Shown: positions 36,384-46,880 of the stretch, one piece after another
Layout: every line of letters starts with the position of its first letter
How positions within the stretch are numbered: position 1 is the stretch's first letter
Origin: Myxococcota bacterium
Lineage (GTDB): Bacteria; Myxococcota_A; Bradymonadia; UBA7976; UBA1532
NCBI GenBank assembly: GCA_036337435.1
Contig: JAYZEG010000058.1
Span: forward strand, 68,239-132,238
Reading direction: 5' to 3'
DNA: 64,000 nucleotides
Program-made: the position numbers and the translations under genes
The notes under the pieces: model-generated
What the model saw: only the letters and a program-made list of their open reading frames with translations
The model's database searches: none
Told to the model about the DNA's origin: nothing

Positions 36384-36842
36384 TTATTCCTTCAAGTAAA
36401 AGGCAAGGATAAGTATTCCGTCCTTGTGCCTTATGCCTGCCTGATAGAACAATTTTTTAGGCACCGCCCGTAATTTCACTTTGACTTTGTGCTTCGGGAT
36501 TTCGAGAGAGAGCTTGTGCACCCTATTCTTGCCGGCTTTCGGTACACTTCCAACGTATTTCACCAGTGCTTTGTAACCAGTCGGCAATGCGACATCGGCT
36601 GTCTTTTGAGGCGCGAGTTGAAAGGCATTCTTGGACAAGAGCTTGAACGATCCATACTGACCGAATGCTGTCTTGAGGGATTTCGCCATGACCTTACTGA
36701 TTTTCGCGTCTGTGGGACTTTTAGCCATGGTTGCATGAACCACAGCAACCTTAAGTTCGACGACAGCATATGCCTGGCTTGAGAACCCAAACAGTCCCAA
36801 GAAAAGCAACAGCTTCAACATTTTTGAAAGCGGCTTATACAT
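36384..36842 (-). CDS. Small basic secreted protein (third gene of the ECF operon)
   Basis: Signal peptide ending AYA; start overlaps the anti-sigma stop. Confidence 0.65.
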   Translation of the reverse strand: MYKPLSKMLKLLLFLGLFGFSSQAYAVVELKVAVVHATMAKSPTDAKISKVMAKSLKTAFGQYGSFKLLSKNAFQLAPQKTADVALPTGYKALVKYVGSVPKAGKNRVHKLSLEIPKHKVKVKLRAVPKKLFYQAGIRHKDGILILAFYLKE

Positions 36843-37459
36843 TAAATTGGATCCTCCCCATCTAACGGTTCCTCGGTCTTTTCATCATCTAACAACCAAA
36901 TCACCGTAGACTCTTCATCCTCAGCAGGCATGCTAACCAGAATTGCCTTTTGTCCCTCGTTCGAAACCGAATCAACCACAATATTACGTCCACCAGCTGA
37001 CCTCTCAGCAAGGGTGACATCTGCACTGCCTGGCCCGTCTTGATCCGTCGTCGGGCCCACCGTGAAAAACGCCACGGCAGCAGTAGCCGCCGCCCCAAGA
37101 AGCACCGGAGTCCAGTTGCTTTGGAACCAACTGACTAATCTACCGAATAGGTTATCGTTTGAATTAGGCTCTAAAGCCATCGAAACCGATTCCGCTTTGG
37201 TTGAGCTTACGGCGGCTGTTGGCGCAGCCTCCATAGCATCGATCCGTTCGTCTATCGCTGACGAAAAGTTTTTGAAGTCAACCTCGGTTGATTCCAAATC
37301 CACATGTTCGCGCAAGAGACCCCCGATCGCCGTGAAATCATCACGCATGTCGATTAGGTCGGGATTATTGACCAAAGCCGACTCAAACTCACTCGCTTCG
37401 TCATCGGTCAGCTCGCCATCTAAAAACCGGTTGAGCAATTCGTGTTCACGTTCTGTCAT
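36842..37459 (-). CDS. Anti-sigma factor (RsiW-like, single TM)
   Basis: LNRFLDGEL..E; TM VLLGAAATAAVAFF; ATGA-coupled to the sigma gene. Confidence 0.75.
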   Translation of the reverse strand: MTEREHELLNRFLDGELTDDEASEFESALVNNPDLIDMRDDFTAIGGLLREHVDLESTEVDFKNFSSAIDERIDAMEAAPTAAVSSTKAESVSMALEPNSNDNLFGRLVSWFQSNWTPVLLGAAATAAVAFFTVGPTTDQDGPGSADVTLAERSAGGRNIVVDSVSNEGQKAILVSMPAEDEESTVIWLLDDEKTEEPLDGEDPI

Positions 37460-38109
37460 GATTTGCCCTTCCTCACGCCGGTACCAGCCCGTGAAGACAA
37501 CGTACTGCCTGACGCCTCGAGATACGGTTTAAGTGTCTTTTGTAAATTCTTTCGCGCATGATGCAATCGACTCATGACGGTGCCCAGATGGCAGCCCATT
37601 GACTCTGCAATATCCTCGTAGCTCATGCCTTCGACTTCACGAAGGAGCAGAATTTGTCGATGATTTTCAGATAATTTGGCTAACGCATCGTTGAGAATTT
37701 TACCCAACTCATCTGATTCAAATGCCGCACCTGGATGCATTGGTCGCGTATTGCCCACCAGCGGGGCCACACCTGCAGATTCGTCTCGGCGCTTGAAACT
37801 ATCGTCATATTCGACCGAACGTGCCCGCTTCTGCTTTCGACACTTGTCAATGCAGACGTTCACAACGATTCGATAAAACCAAGTGTAAAATGAGCTGTCG
37901 CCTTTGAAGGATTCGATGTTTCGAAAGACTTTGACGAATGCATCCTGTGCTGCATCCAAAGCATCTTCACGATTCCTGAGCATGCCGTAGGCAATGCCGT
38001 AGGCACGTCGTTGGTATTTTTCCACTAGCATATGAAACGCACTCCGGTCCCCACGTTTACAACGCGTGATGATCTCAACTTCAGACATCTCGCTCGAATC
38101 TGCGGCCAT
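37456..38109 (-). CDS. ECF RNA polymerase sigma factor (RpoE-like)
   Basis: DA.D..QDAF.K, F.G.SSFYTW.YRI..N.CID, LREVEGMSY..IA....C.LGTVMSRL..AR. Confidence 0.92.
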   Translation of the reverse strand: MAADSSEMSEVEIITRCKRGDRSAFHMLVEKYQRRAYGIAYGMLRNREDALDAAQDAFVKVFRNIESFKGDSSFYTWFYRIVVNVCIDKCRKQKRARSVEYDDSFKRRDESAGVAPLVGNTRPMHPGAAFESDELGKILNDALAKLSENHRQILLLREVEGMSYEDIAESMGCHLGTVMSRLHHARKNLQKTLKPYLEASGSTLSSRAGTGVRKGKS

Positions 38110-38141
38110 CGACGGAACCCAAGGCGATTAATTCAACGGTG

Positions 38142-38167
38142 AACGCATCTTATCCAAAAAAAAGTTC
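38142..38167 (-). promoter_or_regulatory. Putative ECF-type (autoregulatory) promoter
   Basis: Minus strand GAACTT-16nt-CGTT, 32 nt upstream of the sigma ATG. Confidence 0.45.
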
Positions 38168-38307
38168 GATCGTACAGAACCAATCGTTAATTTATTGTTA
38201 CCCAACAGGCAAAAAGATGCTCCTGTTCATGGTTAGCGTTAACAAAAAGGCCTCGATTTTTATTTTATGGAACTAAATTTTCCTAAACGTGTGTTACCCG
38301 TCACGTC

Positions 38308-41300
38308 ATGGCAGACTTGAATCCTTTTCAGATACTCAACGGCCGCCTAGGGTTGTTGAGGCGGCGCACTCGAGTTCTGGGCATCAGCAAACTGCTTTTG
38401 TTGACGGGCAGTGGTGTCGTGCTGTTGATGACGCTGATTCTCTTTCTGTTCGGGTTTTATAAGCCGACGCTCATCACCCAGCACTGGGTGCTGGGTGGCC
38501 TGATTGGCGTCAGCGCCCTTTACGTCCTGATACAAACCGTTCGAATTTTTTCAAAGACAGCCTCATTGGCAGAGGTCGCAGCGCGTTGGGAACGCCAGCA
38601 ACCTGAGCTCAAAGATGGACTGATCGCCGCTGTTTATTTCGATGAAGCGATCCGAACGAACTCGTTAGATGGCGACCTAGATGCTGCGCGTTCGTTGGCG
38701 CACTGGGTGGTCAAAAAAACCGCGGATACAAAGCCATCAACGATCGCACCAGTAACAGAATTGTATCGCCCTATCGCGGTCACACTCACAGCCCTCGCTG
38801 TCATGTTGAGTCTGTTCTGGGTATACCCCGATACATTCAACGCGGCCCTTGCAGAGCTTACGAGAGCCGATAATGGATTGCGGGTCGAGTCCGGTCCCTT
38901 AGTCGCCGATATAACCCTCACAGTGGACGCGCCCCAATACACCGGGGCAACCCGCCGGATCATCCCAAATTCGACGGGGAACGTCAGCGTATTTAGGGGA
39001 AGTAAGATTACCGTCCATGCGACGCCACTCAAATCAAATGCCCAAGTCTTCATCCTGTTAGGTGACAAACGCATTGACGGGAAATCAATTAGTGAAAATA
39101 AATCTGAGTTATCCATGGAAGCAATGGACTCTCTGGATTGGCGGTTTGGTTTGCGAACTGCATCGGGTGAACGGCAAATTGAAACACAGGCCCGACGCAT
39201 TTCAATAAAGGCCGACAAACCCCCTCACATAGACTTGGTTACACCAACCACCGATCTGGAATTGGATAAAATCAGTGCTGTCCCCATCGAGTTTTCAGCA
39301 CGAGATGATTTCGGAATCAGCCGCATCGCAGTTCGGCTTGCACTGGCAAACGACGAAGACAACATCACACGCGTCGAACAAGAGGGTTATTCGGGCAAAG
39401 TGGCCAAGGGCGCAGATGAAATCGACTTAAATGTGATGGACGCGCAACCCGGCGATCGAATCGCGCTTTCTGTCGAAGTCTACGACAATAGAACCATTGA
39501 GGGTCCCCAAGTCAGTGTTTCACAAACACGTTACATTACGGTTCGTTCTCCCGAGTTCGAACATTATAAAATCACCGAAGCCCTAAACGCGCTCATCGAA
39601 CAGCTCCTTGATGCCTTAGCATCTCGACTTGAAACGGAATACCAAGGCGTTGCCGGAACCCTGTTATCAGAAAAGGTTGGAGTTCTATCTAAGCAGACCG
39701 GTGGAGCACTCGACACCTTGACAGCGATTTTAGAGCGCATGGAAAAAGACCCCATGAGTTCGAAACAAGCAATCGCTGGACTTCAATCGAACCAGCAGAA
39801 AACAAGCGAAGCGCATCGGGCTGAGGCGACCGCGCTGGCTAGAGAGCGAGCCCGCACCCAAACGGGAGCAATCACGAATCCGTCTGATTTTAAGACCTTC
39901 AATGAGGACGTCATTTCTCCACTTGAGGAACTCATTATCTATGTAGAGTCGGTTGTTGCTCAACTGGGTCTAGCAGACATCGCGGCCATGACCGAGGAAA
40001 TCAAAGCCGCGAAAGTTCGACTTAAAGACCTGATGACAGCATACAAAAAACGACCATCCGATGCTTTGAAAGCACGAATTATGAGAAATATTCGGCGCCT
40101 CAAAGATCGAATGCGTGCACTGCAAAAGCGAATGGCCAATCTGAGAAAGAAACTCCCAGACGAATTTCTTAACCTAGATGGAATGAAGTCTGGTGAAGTC
40201 AGTCAAGGGCTATCTGACACGAGAAAACAACTCGATAACTTAGAAAAAATGATGGAAGAAAACCGGCTTGATGACGCACTGAAAGCCCTTGATGAAATGA
40301 GCGAAACACTGGACCAACTTTCGTCAGCACTGGACCAAGACATGCAGGAGTTGCATGAGCAAACGAACCCTGCACTTCAAAAAGCGTTGAGCGAGTTGAT
40401 GGATCAAACGCGTGACCTGATGAAACAACAGGAAGAACTCAGTCAAGAGACAGAGACTCAGTCCAAACTTGAGCAAGAGAAGCAGGCTGAAATCTTTGAC
40501 AAACTGTTTAAGGAACAAATCGATAGTCTTCTCAAAAAAGCGGAGAGTCTGAAAGCGAATGCAAACAAGATTCGATCTGGTCCACTGCCAACATTTGCGG
40601 AGGAGAGTGCTGCGGAAATCAACGAGCGCGTGGATGAGTTAATACAGGCCTTGAAAAACAAACGCCTCGAAGCTGCTTTACGTTCCGCTCGCAACGCACT
40701 CTCACCCTTATATACGGTCCGACGATATTCGCGTTTTCGTAACCGGTCGTCGAGAGACGTCTCGGATGCTGCCAACAAAGCCATAGAGCAAGACGAGGAG
40801 ATTATTGACCAACTCGATGACTTGATGAAACAGGCTCAAAAGCAAATGCAGGCAACGAAACAGCAGTCTGCAAATTCCAGTGCACGAGAGAAGCAAGAGC
40901 AGTTGCGCGAGGCAGCGCGTCGACTACAACAAAAAATGGCATCGCAGCAAGAGAAGATAACAGGACTGAAGGGGGAACCCATGCAAAGCATGGAATCAGC
41001 CCAAAAAAGTATGCAGAGAGCCAGCCAGTCGCTCCAGAAGGGACAACCTGGACATGCACTTCCAAGCCAGTCAGAAGCGGTTTCTCAGCTAAAGAAGCTG
41101 ATGAATGGGCTGAAGCAAGCCAGCAAGCCGCAAAGTGGGAACAAGGATGGACAGAAAGGTCAACGAGACGGAGGTCGTAACACAAAGCGCGACAAAGTAC
41201 GGATCCCGGGTGCCGATGAACACGATGCCCCCGCAGAATTCCGACAGGAACTGATGGATGCAATGAAAGACAAAGCGCCGAGTGACTTTAAAGAGTCGGT

Positions 41301-41331
41301 CAAGCGCTACTACGAATCACTGGTGAAATGA
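38308..41331 (+). CDS. DUF4175-family membrane-anchored coiled-coil protein
   Basis: N-terminal TM helices, P.YT motif, D..P, A.DDFG, long coiled coils, C-terminal VKRYYE.L. Confidence 0.75.
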   Translation: MADLNPFQILNGRLGLLRRRTRVLGISKLLLLTGSGVVLLMTLILFLFGFYKPTLITQHWVLGGLIGVSALYVLIQTVRIFSKTASLAEVAARWERQQPELKDGLIAAVYFDEAIRTNSLDGDLDAARSLAHWVVKKTADTKPSTIAPVTELYRPIAVTLTALAVMLSLFWVYPDTFNAALAELTRADNGLRVESGPLVADITLTVDAPQYTGATRRIIPNSTGNVSVFRGSKITVHATPLKSNAQVFILLGDKRIDGKSISENKSELSMEAMDSLDWRFGLRTASGERQIETQARRISIKADKPPHIDLVTPTTDLELDKISAVPIEFSARDDFGISRIAVRLALANDEDNITRVEQEGYSGKVAKGADEIDLNVMDAQPGDRIALSVEVYDNRTIEGPQVSVSQTRYITVRSPEFEHYKITEALNALIEQLLDALASRLETEYQGVAGTLLSEKVGVLSKQTGGALDTLTAILERMEKDPMSSKQAIAGLQSNQQKTSEAHRAEATALARERARTQTGAITNPSDFKTFNEDVISPLEELIIYVESVVAQLGLADIAAMTEEIKAAKVRLKDLMTAYKKRPSDALKARIMRNIRRLKDRMRALQKRMANLRKKLPDEFLNLDGMKSGEVSQGLSDTRKQLDNLEKMMEENRLDDALKALDEMSETLDQLSSALDQDMQELHEQTNPALQKALSELMDQTRDLMKQQEELSQETETQSKLEQEKQAEIFDKLFKEQIDSLLKKAESLKANANKIRSGPLPTFAEESAAEINERVDELIQALKNKRLEAALRSARNALSPLYTVRRYSRFRNRSSRDVSDAANKAIEQDEEIIDQLDDLMKQAQKQMQATKQQSANSSAREKQEQLREAARRLQQKMASQQEKITGLKGEPMQSMESAQKSMQRASQSLQKGQPGHALPSQSEAVSQLKKLMNGLKQASKPQSGNKDGQKGQRDGGRNTKRDKVRIPGADEHDAPAEFRQELMDAMKDKAPSDFKESVKRYYESLVK

Positions 41332-42908
41332 AGGGAGCGAGTATGCGGCTGCTTACATTGCTCGTCTTATTGATGGGCTGGACAAACCCGCTAGCAAAAC
41401 CATTGAAGGCCGATGCAATCCATCAAATGATTGGGCAGTGGCAGGCCGTCGACGCACGGCAGGCAATACAAGACGCACTTGCCGAAGACCCAGACGATAT
41501 CAACCTCCAATTCGCCCAAAGTCGGTTATTATTTTTTGAAGGCAACTACGGTGAATCTCTGCGTGTTTTAGACGCATTGACTAAAAACTTCGGCGATGAG
41601 GTGCCTGGGAGTGTCATGGAGTTTAGGTCACGCGTCCAAGAGACTCATAACGCCCTCAAGACCTTTAGCGAACACAGCACATCGAATGGGCGATTTTTAA
41701 TTCGTTATAAGGGTCGAGACAAAGTCCTTCTACCATACCTGATCCCGGTCTTAGAGGAGGCCGACAAGGCTCTGTCGGCCGATTTTGGCTACACCCCGAA
41801 GGGCCAAGTCGTCGTTGAGATCTATCCTGAAATTGCCTACTTAGCTCGAGTCAGCCCGTTGACAGAATCTGATATTGAGACCAGTGGCACCATCGCCCTC
41901 TGCAAGTACAATAGGCTCATGTTTACCTCACCGAGAGCACTTGTGAGGGGGTATGGTTGGCAAGACACTGTCTCGCATGAATTTGTACACTATTACCTCA
42001 CTAAAATGAGTAAAAACACCATCCCCATCTGGCTCCACGAGGGGATTGCTAAATTCCAAGAGACACGCTGGCGTGAATCACCCGGCCACAAGTTAGACCC
42101 GCCCGAGGAGGATTTACTCGCGCGCAGTCTAGAATCAGATAAGCTGATTACCTTCGAACAAATGCACCCATCCATGGCGAAACTGCCCAGCCAAGAGGCC
42201 GCAGGTTTGGCATTTGCGGAAGTGCATACTGTCATCGACTTTCTGTATCGCAAGAAAGGATACGAAGGTCTAAGAATGCTCATCAAGAAGCTGGCTTTTG
42301 GTCTAGAGATGAATGCGGCACTCCGATCCGTCTATGGCTTTAACCTGATGGGGCTGTGGACCGCTTGGCATCGCGACTTAAAAACGCGCGGTCTGCAGGA
42401 ATATCCAGGCCTTGTCCAAATGTCTTTGGAATTCAAAAGGCCGGGAGAGACAACTGACGAGGACGAACTCGAGATCAGCTACGGTTCCATCAAAAAAAAG
42501 CAGGTTCGAGACTACACTCATCTGGGTGAATTATTGCGAGCAAGGAAGCGCTTCAAAGCCGCACTGAAAGAGTACCTTAAAGCAGAGGCTATAGCAGGTA
42601 ACGGCAATCCCACTGTTCAGAATGGGACAGCAGAATCCTTATTGGCACTGGAACGATTCAAAGACGTCCCCAAGGTGCTCGAGCAAGTTAGATTTTATTA
42701 CCCGAGATACCTAAGAACTCGTCTAAACCTGGCGACAGCCTTTCTAAATTTGGAACAGACAGACGCTGCCATTGTCGAGTTTGAATCTGCGATGGCCATA
42801 AATCCATTTCATCCCGGTCCTCACATCGCTCTCGAAAAATTGTATCTGAAAAAAGGCAAGGCCGATTTGGCAAAACGAGCGCGCGAAAGCTTGGAGTTAT
42901 TAAAATGA
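41328..42908 (+). CDS. Secreted TPR + peptidase MA-like (gluzincin) protein
   Basis: Signal peptide; HEFVH followed by PIWLHEGIA; TPRs at both ends. Confidence 0.75.
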   Translation: MKGASMRLLTLLVLLMGWTNPLAKPLKADAIHQMIGQWQAVDARQAIQDALAEDPDDINLQFAQSRLLFFEGNYGESLRVLDALTKNFGDEVPGSVMEFRSRVQETHNALKTFSEHSTSNGRFLIRYKGRDKVLLPYLIPVLEEADKALSADFGYTPKGQVVVEIYPEIAYLARVSPLTESDIETSGTIALCKYNRLMFTSPRALVRGYGWQDTVSHEFVHYYLTKMSKNTIPIWLHEGIAKFQETRWRESPGHKLDPPEEDLLARSLESDKLITFEQMHPSMAKLPSQEAAGLAFAEVHTVIDFLYRKKGYEGLRMLIKKLAFGLEMNAALRSVYGFNLMGLWTAWHRDLKTRGLQEYPGLVQMSLEFKRPGETTDEDELEISYGSIKKKQVRDYTHLGELLRARKRFKAALKEYLKAEAIAGNGNPTVQNGTAESLLALERFKDVPKVLEQVRFYYPRYLRTRLNLATAFLNLEQTDAAIVEFESAMAINPFHPGPHIALEKLYLKKGKADLAKRARESLELLK

Positions 42909-43903
42909 GTACCCATGATTCTGACCACGAGGGTTTAGAACTTGCTGCGTCGGCAAAGCAGAAGTTGCTTGAGCAGGTGTCGAAGCAAATCGTCGGCCAG
43001 GAAACTGTTATACAATTGATGCTCACATCGCTGTTAGCACGTGGACATTGCTTATTTGTTGGTGTCCCAGGATTGGCGAAAACGCTGCTTGTAAATAGCA
43101 CAGCACAAGCACTTTCACTGGGCTTCAATCGGATTCAATTTACCCCTGACCTCATGCCCAGCGATATCACTGGCACCGAGATTTTGGAGGCCGACTCAGA
43201 GACCGGAAGGCGACACTTCAAATTTGTTAAAGGTCCAATATTCACAAATTTGCTCTTGGCTGATGAAATCAACCGAACGCCGCCGAAGACCCAAGCGGCT
43301 CTGCTCCAGGCTATGCAAGAGCGGGTTGTTACAGCCGCGGGTCAAACGTACGAGATGACTGCTCCGTTTATGGTTTTTGCGACTCAAAATCCGATTGAAC
43401 AAGAAGGAACGTACCCTCTACCGGAAGCACAGTTAGACCGCTTCATGATGATGATTAACGTCGACTATCCTTCAGAGGACGAAGAGGTCGAAATTGTTAG
43501 ACGAACAACCGTGGGGGCACCGCCCAGCATTGAGCCTGTGCTGACCGTGAGTGATATTCTAACACTTCAAGAGTTGGTTAAAAATATTCCGGTTTCGGAG
43601 CATGTTATTCAATATGCTGTGAAACTCGCGCGGTCAACCCGACCCACGGGGGATGAGGCAGCAGAATATATTAAGAATTATGTTGGCTGGGGTGCTGGAC
43701 CACGAGCCAGTCAATTCATGATTCTCGCAGGCAAAGCACGAGCTCTCCTAGATGGGCGATTAACCGTGTCGCGAGACGATATTAAAGACTTGGCGATCCC
43801 GATTCTCAGGCACCGGGTCGTCACCAATTTTAATGCTGACGCCGAGAGAATCCAAAGCGACGATCTCATCAGGCGAATCATAGACGACAATCCGACCGCC
43901 TAG
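42905..43903 (+). CDS. moxR: MoxR-family AAA+ ATPase
   Basis: GVPGLAKT, RIQFTPDLMPSD, LLADEINR, ATQNPIEQEGTYPLPEAQLDRF. Confidence 0.95.
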   Translation: MSTHDSDHEGLELAASAKQKLLEQVSKQIVGQETVIQLMLTSLLARGHCLFVGVPGLAKTLLVNSTAQALSLGFNRIQFTPDLMPSDITGTEILEADSETGRRHFKFVKGPIFTNLLLADEINRTPPKTQAALLQAMQERVVTAAGQTYEMTAPFMVFATQNPIEQEGTYPLPEAQLDRFMMMINVDYPSEDEEVEIVRRTTVGAPPSIEPVLTVSDILTLQELVKNIPVSEHVIQYAVKLARSTRPTGDEAAEYIKNYVGWGAGPRASQFMILAGKARALLDGRLTVSRDDIKDLAIPILRHRVVTNFNADAERIQSDDLIRRIIDDNPTA

Positions 43904-43905
43904 TC

Positions 43906-44790
43906 ATGCATCAGTCCCCCTTAATAGATCCAGAGTTATTCGGACGTTTATCAGGACTCTCTATCCGCTTTGATGGACATGTTGAGGGGGCTGTTACGGG
44001 ATTTCATCGAAGTCGAGCTAAGGGGTCGAGCGTTGAATTCGCCCAATACCGGGAGTATGCACCAGGCGACGAAATCAAGCATATCGACTGGAAATCATAC
44101 GCTCGAAATGATCGCTTCTATGTAAAGCAATTTGAAGATGAGACGGATCTCAGGACGCTTTTCGTCGTCGATACGTCAAAATCGATGGACTTCAAGATCG
44201 ACGACAATCCAAAGAAGATAACCTATGCAGGGCAACTTGCCGCCGCGCTCGCATGGACTTTAATTCAGCAGGGCGATGCTATCGGTTTGTTGACTCATGG
44301 AGCAGAGATTGGAACCTATCTTCCGCCGAGAAGTCGGCCTGAACATTTCTGGAGATTCATACGAAATCTTGAAGCTGCCCAATGCGGTGGTGAGACCAAT
44401 CTGGCGTCGGCACTGACCCACGTCGCAAATCTGCCACTGAAGCGCAGCAATGTCGTCTTGCTTTCGGACTGTCTAGAGTTTACCGAGAATTTCATCAGTA
44501 TCCTCAAACAACTCAGGCGCCGACACTACGTTTCAGTGCTCCATATCTTGGATCCGAGTGAAGTCCAATTTCCATTTTCGGATCTGACGGTTTTTGAAGA
44601 TGCAGAAAACCACTCTGAACAACAAGTCGATCCTCGAGCAATGGCCGAAGAGTATCGATCGGCTGTCTCTAAATGGCTCGATGAACTCAAGAATAGCCTT
44701 TCCGATGGTCAGGTTAATTACAAATTATCGACAACCGATATAGCCATTGAGACGGCCGTGATGACTTGGGCTAGGGGTCGTCAGAGATGA
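43906..44790 (+). CDS. DUF58 vWA-like protein
   Basis: G.HRS..G.SVEFAQYREY.PGD..HIDWK, DTSKSM, LSD. Confidence 0.9.
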   Translation: MHQSPLIDPELFGRLSGLSIRFDGHVEGAVTGFHRSRAKGSSVEFAQYREYAPGDEIKHIDWKSYARNDRFYVKQFEDETDLRTLFVVDTSKSMDFKIDDNPKKITYAGQLAAALAWTLIQQGDAIGLLTHGAEIGTYLPPRSRPEHFWRFIRNLEAAQCGGETNLASALTHVANLPLKRSNVVLLSDCLEFTENFISILKQLRRRHYVSVLHILDPSEVQFPFSDLTVFEDAENHSEQQVDPRAMAEEYRSAVSKWLDELKNSLSDGQVNYKLSTTDIAIETAVMTWARGRQR

Positions 44791-46880
44791 CGTTCCTATC
44801 TCCTTGGCTCTTGGCTGGGCTGGCTGGAATTCTGATTCCGCCCATCATCCACCTACTTCTTAGACGCAAACCTAAACGGGTAATTTTTCCGACTCTGCAC
44901 TTTATCTTGACGTCCCATAAAAAGACGTCGAGGCGATTTAGACTAAGACAAATACTCCTCATGCTGACCCGTTGCCTACTGCTAGGCCTTTTGGCATTCG
45001 CCATCGCCAGACCACTTATGGTTTCGGAGGATCAATCGGGCATGGATGCAGTTGATGGTGGAACAATTTTCATCGTCCTGGATACAAGCTACCCAATGCA
45101 ATATCGACTGGATGATGAATCACTCTTAATGCGAGCAAAGATAATGGCCAGTAACCTGGTTGGACGCGCCAACACTCAGTACGGTCTCATCGTTGCTGAC
45201 CCGAAACCAGAGCTTGTGCTCTCCGAATTAAGCGCGGATGCAAGTAAAGTTCGGGATTCAATTGGCGAAATCAAGCCAGGTCTACACGGTCGAAACCTAT
45301 CGGCTGCACTCTCATTAGCGTACTCTATGGCGGCTGAGAGCAGTCAGGACCAATTGAACTCTGTTGTTGTTCTATCAACCCCTGCGGGGCTCAAGGACTT
45401 AGCCCGACCACCACCGGGCAGCGGACAGATCAAACTGGTTCCGGTCGATGTATCCGACGGAAACCCATTGCCAAATCGAGCGGTTATAGACGTGTCAATT
45501 CGAGCAGCACCTGAAATGGGCACTGGGCATTGGGAACTCACGACCCGGATCGCCAATCATTCAAATGAAGACGCAAAAAAGCTGCCCATTTGGTTGGCCA
45601 TTGACGGCCAGACCGTCGTCAATGGACTCGTCGACATTCCGGCCAACGAGGAGGCGAGCAAGGTCTTCTATGTAGCCCTAGGCGAACAGCAGTCAGGACA
45701 AGCGGAAATTCGCATTGCTGATGACGCCCTGACGATTGATAACCGCTATCCGTTCTGGATGATTCCGGCCGAACCAATACGCGTTCTTGCAGTCAACGGG
45801 AGCCCGAATGCAAATCCCTATAAAGACGAGCTCTATTATGTTCAAAAAGCCGTCGAACCTGCTGTAGCATCCGGCGTCAGAATCGTCATGAAGTCACTCG
45901 GCTTAGATAGACTGGGTCAAGTTGATCTCGATCTTTACGATGTTGTCATGTTGGCCAATGTCGAAAAAGTAACAGCCGAGTTCAGCCGGCAGTTGACCAT
46001 TTTTGTGAAAAAAGGTGGTGGTCTGTTCATCAGCTGCGGTGAACAGATCAATGCGATTGAGTTAAATCGAAGGCTTGGACCCCTGTTACCCCGAACCATC
46101 CGAAGTAAAAAAATCGCGGGGGATGCGGCCGCAAGCAACGAAGGACAGGATCGACGAGTGGCACACCTAAAATTGTTCAATCGAAAGCATCCGATCATTG
46201 AAAACTTTGCAGCACCTGAAACGACGTCGCTTGCCCTGGCTCAAATTGAAAAATTTATGCTGCTAGACCCGTCTCCGAATGCCGGAGGGGACGTCATCAT
46301 GAGTCTAGATAATGGAGCCCCTTTTCTCGTGGGCAGACGGGTGGAAAAAGGGCGAGTCATTTTGATGACAACGACGATTGACCGAGATTGGAATGATCTC
46401 GTCATTCGGCCTCATTTTCTACCTTTGCTCGTCCATACATTGCGCCATCTCGCACAAACCAAAACCACCCAATCCAAGCCCTACACAGTTGGGCAACTTG
46501 CGACAATTGCGACAACAGACTGGGGCGCCGGACGCATTAGGTTACCGAATGGAAAGAGAATCGACTTGCAAAGCAATCCGGGCGACACCGAAATTCGTTT
46601 TGCCGAGACCAAACAGACAGGCCATTACTCATTGGATCCGATAGATGAGACACGGAAGACCGCGCCTGCATTTTCCGTTCATTTGGATACGAGTTACGCA
46701 AAGCTAAGCAGCCGTCAGGCTACAGTTGGCGAGGACGTGACAGCAAGCCAAGCGAAGACGTCGCTGAGTTCAACCCGAGAACTTTGGCATTACGCGTTGC
46801 TCCTTCTATTTGTCATGCTCGGGTCAGAAGCCTGGCTGCTCTATCGCTTGCGAATCAGGAGTCGAGCGGGAACTGCTTAG
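44787..46880 (+). CDS. BatA-domain / vWA-like membrane protein
   Basis: N-terminal FLSPW..PIIHLL..FPTL; vWA-like VLDTSYPM; DN motif; GATase-like GGGL region; C-terminal ELW..TM..E.W. Confidence 0.85.
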   Translation: MTFLSPWLLAGLAGILIPPIIHLLLRRKPKRVIFPTLHFILTSHKKTSRRFRLRQILLMLTRCLLLGLLAFAIARPLMVSEDQSGMDAVDGGTIFIVLDTSYPMQYRLDDESLLMRAKIMASNLVGRANTQYGLIVADPKPELVLSELSADASKVRDSIGEIKPGLHGRNLSAALSLAYSMAAESSQDQLNSVVVLSTPAGLKDLARPPPGSGQIKLVPVDVSDGNPLPNRAVIDVSIRAAPEMGTGHWELTTRIANHSNEDAKKLPIWLAIDGQTVVNGLVDIPANEEASKVFYVALGEQQSGQAEIRIADDALTIDNRYPFWMIPAEPIRVLAVNGSPNANPYKDELYYVQKAVEPAVASGVRIVMKSLGLDRLGQVDLDLYDVVMLANVEKVTAEFSRQLTIFVKKGGGLFISCGEQINAIELNRRLGPLLPRTIRSKKIAGDAAASNEGQDRRVAHLKLFNRKHPIIENFAAPETTSLALAQIEKFMLLDPSPNAGGDVIMSLDNGAPFLVGRRVEKGRVILMTTTIDRDWNDLVIRPHFLPLLVHTLRHLAQTKTTQSKPYTVGQLATIATTDWGAGRIRLPNGKRIDLQSNPGDTEIRFAETKQTGHYSLDPIDETRKTAPAFSVHLDTSYAKLSSRQATVGEDVTASQAKTSLSSTRELWHYALLLLFVMLGSEAWLLYRLRIRSRAGTA

